Assembly (NCBI GenBank): GCA_031409655.1
Contig: JANNXQ010000129.1
Coordinates: 1 to 21,626 of the forward strand
Origin: Chthoniobacteraceae bacterium
GTDB taxonomy: Bacteria > Verrucomicrobiota > Verrucomicrobiia > Chthoniobacterales > Chthoniobacteraceae
Direction of reading: 5' to 3'
DNA: 21,626 nucleotides
In this document: one piece after another, positions 16,144 to 21,626 of the stretch
How the letters are laid out: each line of letters begins with the position of its first letter
How positions within the stretch are numbered: the stretch's first letter is position 1
Translations under genes and position numbers: made by a program
Notes under the pieces: generated by a model
The model's input: only the letters and a program-made list of their open reading frames with translations
Database searches by the model: none
What the model was told of the DNA's origin: nothing

Positions 16144-17648
16144 AGCCATTCCGCCTCGCACTGATCATCACTACCGCGGTCGGCCTGCTTCACCCCACCC
16201 ACGGTGCCTCGAAGCCCAACATTCTCCTCATCCTGCCCGATCAGATGCGCGCGAGCGCCATGGCTTGCGATGGCAATCCCGACGTCCAGACGCCGCACAT
16301 CGATCGGCTCGCGGCGGAGGGCATTCGCTTCCGACGCACTTATGCCAATGTGCCCGTCTGTTGTCCGGCGCGCGCCATCTTACTCACCGGCACTTACCCG
16401 CACGTGAATGGCATGGTCGCCAATGATCTGCGGCTGCGCGAGGAGCACGTGACCATCGCGGAGCGGCTGCGCGAAGTGGGTTATCGCACAGGCTTCGTCG
16501 GGAAGTGGCATCTCGACGGCGGGCCGCGCGATCCGGGCTTTGTGCCGCCGGGACCGCGCCGCCAGGGCTTCGACTTCTGGGCCGCCTATGAGTGCCATCA
16601 TCTGCATTTTTCCCCGATCTACTTCCGCGACACGCCGGAGGAAATCCTCATCCCGAAGTTCGAGCCCGTAGCTTCGTGCGACTACGCCGTTGAGTTCCTC
16701 CAGTCGCAGCCGCGGGACCAGCCTTTCTTCCTCACCGTGCAGATGGGTCCGCCGCACGATCCCTACGGCGCGCCTGAGGAATACATGAAGCGTTACGACC
16801 CGGAGAAGCTGACCATGCCGGCGAGCTGGCAACCCGGGAGTGAGAAAGGTGGAGCCGGCGTGATCCCGCCGAGATTGCGCCGTCCCGGCATGCCCGAGCG
16901 GCCTTACGTGCCGGTCGGCGGCAAGGAGGAAGTCGGTGCTTACTACGCCGCGATCACCGCGCTCGACGATCAGGTCGGACGCCTGCTCGCGACGCTGAAA
17001 GAAACCGGCGCGGATGAGAACACGATCATCCTCTTCACCTCCGATCATGGCGACCTGCTCGGCAGTCACGGCCTGCGGCGGAAGCGCAAGCCGCACGATG
17101 AATCGGCCCGTGTGCCCGGCCTCATCCGCTGGCCCGCGCGGGTGCCGAAAGGACAAGTCGTGGACACACTCTTCAGTCACGTGGACATGGCGCCGACGCT
17201 GCTCGCGCTCGCGGGTCTGGAAGTGCCGAAGACCATGCAAGGCGCAGACCTCTCCCGCGTCGCACTCGGCGAGACGACCGCCGGACCCGACGCTGTGCTC
17301 CTCCAGATCTTCGTGCCCTTCAATCCCGACGGCATCGCCAAGCCCTGGCGCGGGATCGTCACCGCGACCCATACTTACGCGCGCTATGCAGACGAGCCAT
17401 GGGTGCTCTTTGACGACCAGGCCGACCCGCATCAAATGAAGAACCTGGCCGCGGAAGCCACCCAGACTGCGCTCCGCGAGAAGCTCGATGCACAACTTAC
17501 CGCCTTGATGAAAAAGCACGGCGACGCGTGGAGCTTTAACTTCAGCGAACCCGTCGAAGAAGGCGGCCGTCTCTACCGCCACAGCACCTTCTTCACCGTG
17601 ACCGAGTATCTCGACTGGGCCAAAGCCAACCCCGACAAGGCTCGCTAG
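16140..17648 (+). CDS. Cys-type sulfatase
   Basis: ATGA overlap with the previous gene. Signal peptide, KPNILLILPDQMR, CCPARAILLTG, GKWHLDG, PPHDPY and FTSDHG. Confidence 0.93.
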   Translation: MKPFRLALIITTAVGLLHPTHGASKPNILLILPDQMRASAMACDGNPDVQTPHIDRLAAEGIRFRRTYANVPVCCPARAILLTGTYPHVNGMVANDLRLREEHVTIAERLREVGYRTGFVGKWHLDGGPRDPGFVPPGPRRQGFDFWAAYECHHLHFSPIYFRDTPEEILIPKFEPVASCDYAVEFLQSQPRDQPFFLTVQMGPPHDPYGAPEEYMKRYDPEKLTMPASWQPGSEKGGAGVIPPRLRRPGMPERPYVPVGGKEEVGAYYAAITALDDQVGRLLATLKETGADENTIILFTSDHGDLLGSHGLRRKRKPHDESARVPGLIRWPARVPKGQVVDTLFSHVDMAPTLLALAGLEVPKTMQGADLSRVALGETTAGPDAVLLQIFVPFNPDGIAKPWRGIVTATHTYARYADEPWVLFDDQADPHQMKNLAAEATQTALREKLDAQLTALMKKHGDAWSFNFSEPVEEGGRLYRHSTFFTVTEYLDWAKANPDKAR

Positions 17649-17700
17649 CCTTCCGAGCGACCTCGAAAACAGGCGCAAGACGGCCAGCGCACTTCTCCCG

Positions 17701-18573
17701 ATGAAAACCACCCCGCTCATTATCGCCTTCTGCCTCTCCGTAACCTCCGGATACGCGGAAAACTTCAATTCCCAGATTACTCAAAGCCAGCGGGTCTTCA
17801 CCTGCGGTCATAGCTTCCACGTCTTTACTTACAATCAGGTCGCCGAGATGGCCAAGGCCGCGGGGCTGGATCATCAACTCGTGGGAATCTCGAGCATTGG
17901 GGGTTCGATGGTGCAGAGACATTGGGACGTGCCCGACGAGATGAACAAGGCGAAGGCCGCGCTCACTGCGGGCAAGGTCGATGTACTCACGCTCTCGCCC
18001 ATCTGGCTGCCGGATGAGGCGATCGAGAAGTTTGTGCAACTCGGGGTAAAACATAACCCCGCGCTCCGCGTCACCGTACAGGAGTTCTGGCTGCCAAATG
18101 ACGAATACGAGCCGGTCTATCCGCTCCAGACGAAGAAGAAAGTGGATCATAACGCGACCGATCTCTCCCAACTCCGGGAGGCCAATGCGCGTTACGCGAA
18201 GGAGATTGAGGAACTCGTGCGCGGGATCAATCAGCGGATCGGGAAAGACGCGGTGGTCGTGGTCCCGGTGGGCTTGGCGTCGATTGCCTTGCGCGCGAAG
18301 ATCGTCGCCGGGCAGGCGCCGGGCTTGAAGGCACAGGGGGATTTGTTCCGCGACCATTGGGGTCACGCGCTACCGCCGCTGCAGATCCTTTCAAGCTATT
18401 GCCACTTTGCGGTCATTTATCGGCGCAGCCCCCTCGGCCTCCCGCTGCCGTCTGCCTTCCGACTGCTGAAGGACGTGAGCGCAGACGACCAGCAGAAGCT
18501 GAACGTGCTGCTGCAGGAGATCGCTTGGGAGACCGTGAGCCGCCATCCGATGGCCGGAGTGCTCGCGCGATGA
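17701..18573 (+). CDS. Secreted hypothetical protein, possibly SGNH/GDSL-like hydrolase
   Basis: Signal peptide. VFTCGHSFH resembles the block-I G-x-S nucleophile motif, and LFRDHWGHA resembles the C-terminal Asp/His motif. Co-directional within the sulfatase cluster. Confidence 0.6.
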   Translation: MKTTPLIIAFCLSVTSGYAENFNSQITQSQRVFTCGHSFHVFTYNQVAEMAKAAGLDHQLVGISSIGGSMVQRHWDVPDEMNKAKAALTAGKVDVLTLSPIWLPDEAIEKFVQLGVKHNPALRVTVQEFWLPNDEYEPVYPLQTKKKVDHNATDLSQLREANARYAKEIEELVRGINQRIGKDAVVVVPVGLASIALRAKIVAGQAPGLKAQGDLFRDHWGHALPPLQILSSYCHFAVIYRRSPLGLPLPSAFRLLKDVSADDQQKLNVLLQEIAWETVSRHPMAGVLAR

Positions 18574-18658
18574 CAATCGCCTTTCGCTTCTCACCCGAAC
18601 AATCCACGCTGCTGCCCAGCAGAGTTCGCGACGTCACACCTTCCACTCCATGCCCCTC

Positions 18659-20296
18659 ATGAAAATCATCACCGCCCTCACCCTCACCCTTCTTGCCACC
18701 TTTGCGACGATCGCGGCCGATGCCCCGCGACCAAACATCGTCTTCATCCTTGCTGACGACCTTGGTTACTCGGACCTCGGCTGCTACGGCAGCGAGATCG
18801 CGACGCCGCAACTCGACTCGCTCGCGAAGGACGGACTGCGGTTCACCCAGTTCTACAACACCGCGCGCTGCTGGCCGACACGCGGGGCGCTGCTCACGGG
18901 TTACTATGCGCAGCAGATTCATCGCGATGCGCTGCCGGAGGTGAAGGGTGGCGGACAGGGTGTGCGGCAGAAGTGGGCGCGGCTGTTGCCGGAATTTCTG
19001 AAGCCAGCGGGCTACCGCAGTTACCACAGTGGAAAGTGGCATATCGACGGCAAGGTCCTCGACGGCGGCTTTGATCGGTCGCTCGACATGAGGAACCAGG
19101 GGAATTTTTTTACCGCGAAGGGCAACTCGATCGACGACGTGCCAGTGAAACCGCCGGCGGATGAGAAGGGCTACTACGCGACGATCGCCACTGCGGATCA
19201 CGCCATCGAATGCCTCAAGGACCACGCCGCGAATCACGCGGGCAAACCCTTCTTCCACTACATCCCATTCATCGCGCCGCACTTTCCGCTGCATGCGTTG
19301 CCGGAAGACATCGCAAAGTATCGCGACACCTATCTCGCGGGTTGGGAGGCGACACGGGCGGCGCGGTTTGCTCGGCAGAAAGAGATGGGGATCACGAATA
19401 CAACGCTCTCCGCGCTGGAGCGCGAGGTGGGGCCGCCTTACGCCTTTCCGGAGGCGATGAAGGCGCTCGGGCCGGGCGAGGTGAATCGTCCGCTGCCGTG
19501 GAGTGAATTGACCGAGGAGCAGCGCCGTTTTCAAGCAACGAAGATGGCCATCCACGCGGCAATGGTGGATCGCATGGATCAGGAGATCGGCCGTATCATC
19601 GCGCAGCTCAAAGCCATGGGTGCCTACGAGAATACGCTCATCCTTTTCGCCTCCGACAACGGCGCGAGTGCCGAGATCATGGTCCGCAATGGGGGGCACG
19701 ATCCGCAGGCGGCGCCGGGCAGCGCGGAGACTTATCTGTGTCTCGGGCCGGGCTTTTCCAGCGTGGCAAATACTCCGCATCGCCGGCACAAGACCTGGGT
19801 CCATGAAGGGGGCATCAACACACCGCTAATCGCGCATTGGCCAAAAGGCATCACCGCAAAAAACGAGCTACGGCACACCCCGGCGCACGTCATCGACTTC
19901 GTGCCGACGGTGCTGGAACTCGCGGGCCTGCAGAAGCCCAAGGAATGGAACGGCGAACCGATCCCCGAAGCACCGGGTCGGAGTCTCGTGCCCGCGCTGG
20001 TCAAGGATGCGCCGATCGTCCGCGACAGTCTCTGGTGGCTGCATGAAGGCCATCGCGCGGTGCGGGTGGGCGATTGGAAACTCGTCGCGGCGGAGGGTGA
20101 GCCGTGGGAACTCTACGACTTCAAGACGGATCGCGCGGAGCAGCAGAATCTCGCGGCCAAGATGCCGGACAAAGCGAAGGAACTACAGGAGGTGTGGGAG
20201 CGGCAGACCGCGAGCTTCACCGAACTCTCGAAGAAGACCCTCGACGCGCAATCCGCGCCGCGCAGCGGCCAAGGGAAGGCCGGGAAAAAACAGTAA
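18659..20296 (+). CDS. Arylsulfatase (AtsA-like, Cys-type)
   Basis: Signal peptide, RPNIVFILADDLGYSDLGCYGSEIATP, QFYNTARCWPTRGALLTG, APHFPLHA, HAAMVDRMDQEIG, SDNGA and HEGGINTP. Alternative ATG at 18650. Confidence 0.93.
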   Translation: MKIITALTLTLLATFATIAADAPRPNIVFILADDLGYSDLGCYGSEIATPQLDSLAKDGLRFTQFYNTARCWPTRGALLTGYYAQQIHRDALPEVKGGGQGVRQKWARLLPEFLKPAGYRSYHSGKWHIDGKVLDGGFDRSLDMRNQGNFFTAKGNSIDDVPVKPPADEKGYYATIATADHAIECLKDHAANHAGKPFFHYIPFIAPHFPLHALPEDIAKYRDTYLAGWEATRAARFARQKEMGITNTTLSALEREVGPPYAFPEAMKALGPGEVNRPLPWSELTEEQRRFQATKMAIHAAMVDRMDQEIGRIIAQLKAMGAYENTLILFASDNGASAEIMVRNGGHDPQAAPGSAETYLCLGPGFSSVANTPHRRHKTWVHEGGINTPLIAHWPKGITAKNELRHTPAHVIDFVPTVLELAGLQKPKEWNGEPIPEAPGRSLVPALVKDAPIVRDSLWWLHEGHRAVRVGDWKLVAAEGEPWELYDFKTDRAEQQNLAAKMPDKAKELQEVWERQTASFTELSKKTLDAQSAPRSGQGKAGKKQ

Positions 20297-20499
20297 GCAA
20301 AGGCGACGAGCCGAGCACGGCGGCGATCGCGCACCCTGGTGGGTGGGCGCCGGCGGAGGGCCATCTCCTGCCTCGCGATCGTAACATTCCGGGGGTCGCG
20401 ATCTGGTGTGGGAACGGGGTATCCGTTTGGCGGTGGGCGAGGCTGGCTCCGGGCCCGGTTTGCCCGGCGGTTTCTCCCCCACTGTCCTGACGATCCCGT

Positions 20500-21626
20500 A
20501 TGAAGAAACTCCTCTTAACCCTCGGCCTGCTCGCCGCACTCGCCTTCGCTGCTCCGGTGCGGGGCGCCATCGATCTCCGGGTCACCGAGGCTTGGCCGGG
20601 GCAGGCGGGCGCCGATCTTACGGTCGATTGGTTTGAGATCACCAATCTCGGCTCGACGCCCTGGACGCCGGCCGCAGGCGCGCTCTCCTATGATGACGAT
20701 TCCTTCTCCGCCCCGCTCGCGACCGTCATCAATGGCCTCACGGACATCCAGCCGGGCGAGTCGGTCGTGGTCGTCATCGGAACATCCGCGGCCGCGACCA
20801 GTTTCCGCACCGCGTGGCAGGGCGCGATCAATCTCACGGGCGTGGAAATCGGCCACACCGCCGGGGCGAACTTGGGCGACACCGGCGACGGCGTCGGCAT
20901 CTGGCTGGGCGTGCCGTCGGGCGCGCCGACGCACCAGATTAGCTTCAATACAATCGGCGCGTCGTGGGATGCGGATCTGAATGCCGCCAGCACGGTCGGC
21001 AATGCTTCGGGCGCGGTGAGCACGGGCGGGGCGACGGCGTCACCAGGGCGCACCGCCAGCGGCGGGGTGGTGAATCCGAATGCGCCGGTGATCACCGTGG
21101 CGCTGGCTTCGCGGCAGCTCTTTGGCATCGCGGAAGGTGCAAGCGGCGCAGTGGGCGGGGTCATCGGCGATCCCACCGATCGCGCGTCGCTCACGGGCAT
21201 CACTTTCACGCTCACCGATGTGAATACTCCGGTTGGTTCGCTCACGGTCACGCGGACGACGAGCAATGCGACCGTCGTGCCGCTGGCGAATGCGGTGCTC
21301 ACCGGCTCCGGCGCGAGCCGCACGCTCACGATCGCGCCCGCCGCGGTCGGCACTGCGAACATCACCGTGACGGTGAGCGATGGCGCGTTGAGCGACACCT
21401 ACGTCATCAGCTACGGCGCATCCGCCGCGTCCTCGACGCCGGGGAATTCGCGCTACCCCGTCGGCTCGGCGGATGCCTCGGCGGCGATGCCCATCGCGCC
21501 CGGCCTGATGCTCGTGGGCAATGACGAGGACGAACGGCTCCGGCTTTACGATCGTGCGAATTCCCGGCTGCCGATTTCCGCGACCGATCTGCGCCCGGCG
21601 CTCGGTGTGGCCAAGGAGGTGGACAT
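20500..21626 (+). CDS. Secreted multidomain protein (lamin-tail-like domain, Ig/cadherin-like domain, start of DUF3616-like propeller), partial, runs off the window
   Basis: Hand translation: MKKLLLTLGLLAALAFAAPVRG signal; LRVTEAW...DWFEITNLG...IQPGESVVVV...LGDTGDGV (LTD-like); TSNATVVP...GSGASRTLTIAPAAVGTANITVTVSDG (Ig-like); ADASAA...LVGNDEDERLRLYDR...KEVD. No stop before the window end, hence absent from the ORF track. Confidence 0.85.
   Translation, partial: MKKLLLTLGLLAALAFAAPVRGAIDLRVTEAWPGQAGADLTVDWFEITNLGSTPWTPAAGALSYDDDSFSAPLATVINGLTDIQPGESVVVVIGTSAAATSFRTAWQGAINLTGVEIGHTAGANLGDTGDGVGIWLGVPSGAPTHQISFNTIGASWDADLNAASTVGNASGAVSTGGATASPGRTASGGVVNPNAPVITVALASRQLFGIAEGASGAVGGVIGDPTDRASLTGITFTLTDVNTPVGSLTVTRTTSNATVVPLANAVLTGSGASRTLTIAPAAVGTANITVTVSDGALSDTYVISYGASAASSTPGNSRYPVGSADASAAMPIAPGLMLVGNDEDERLRLYDRANSRLPISATDLRPALGVAKEVD

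Noticed and set aside
20297..20499. Repeated TCGCGATC/GATCGCG words and GC-rich stems in the intergenic region as a riboswitch or terminator
   Set aside because: Short GC-rich words only, with no recognisable riboswitch consensus or poly-U tract.

Overview
High-GC bacterial window. The gene content (four signal-peptide sulfatases, DUF1080, FGE, heme-c/propeller fusion, heptamer repeats) suggests a PVC-group organism such as a verrucomicrobium, which is an inference. The left 4.5 kb is an accessory region with three parts: the end of an IS5-family element (transposase N-terminus, terminal IR, CTAA target), a tightly coupled and visibly more AT-rich three-gene operon (ABC/AAA_21-type ATPase, PIN-domain nuclease, EcsC-like protein with a TerB-like C-terminus), and a decaying convergent XRE-HTH plus hypothetical-protein pair. 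The three-gene operon is the best candidate for an undescribed defence or conflict system. The remainder holds a membrane-anchored formylglycine-generating enzyme, a DUF1080 protein, an SMR-like transporter, dgt with two small membrane proteins, a cytochrome c/beta-propeller fusion, an inverted pair of 7-bp tandem arrays, a His-motif TPR-redoxin fusion, four Cys-type sulfatases with an SGNH-like protein, and the 5' part of a secreted LTD/Ig/propeller protein absent from the ORF track. All family calls come from motif recognition by eye; no searches were run.
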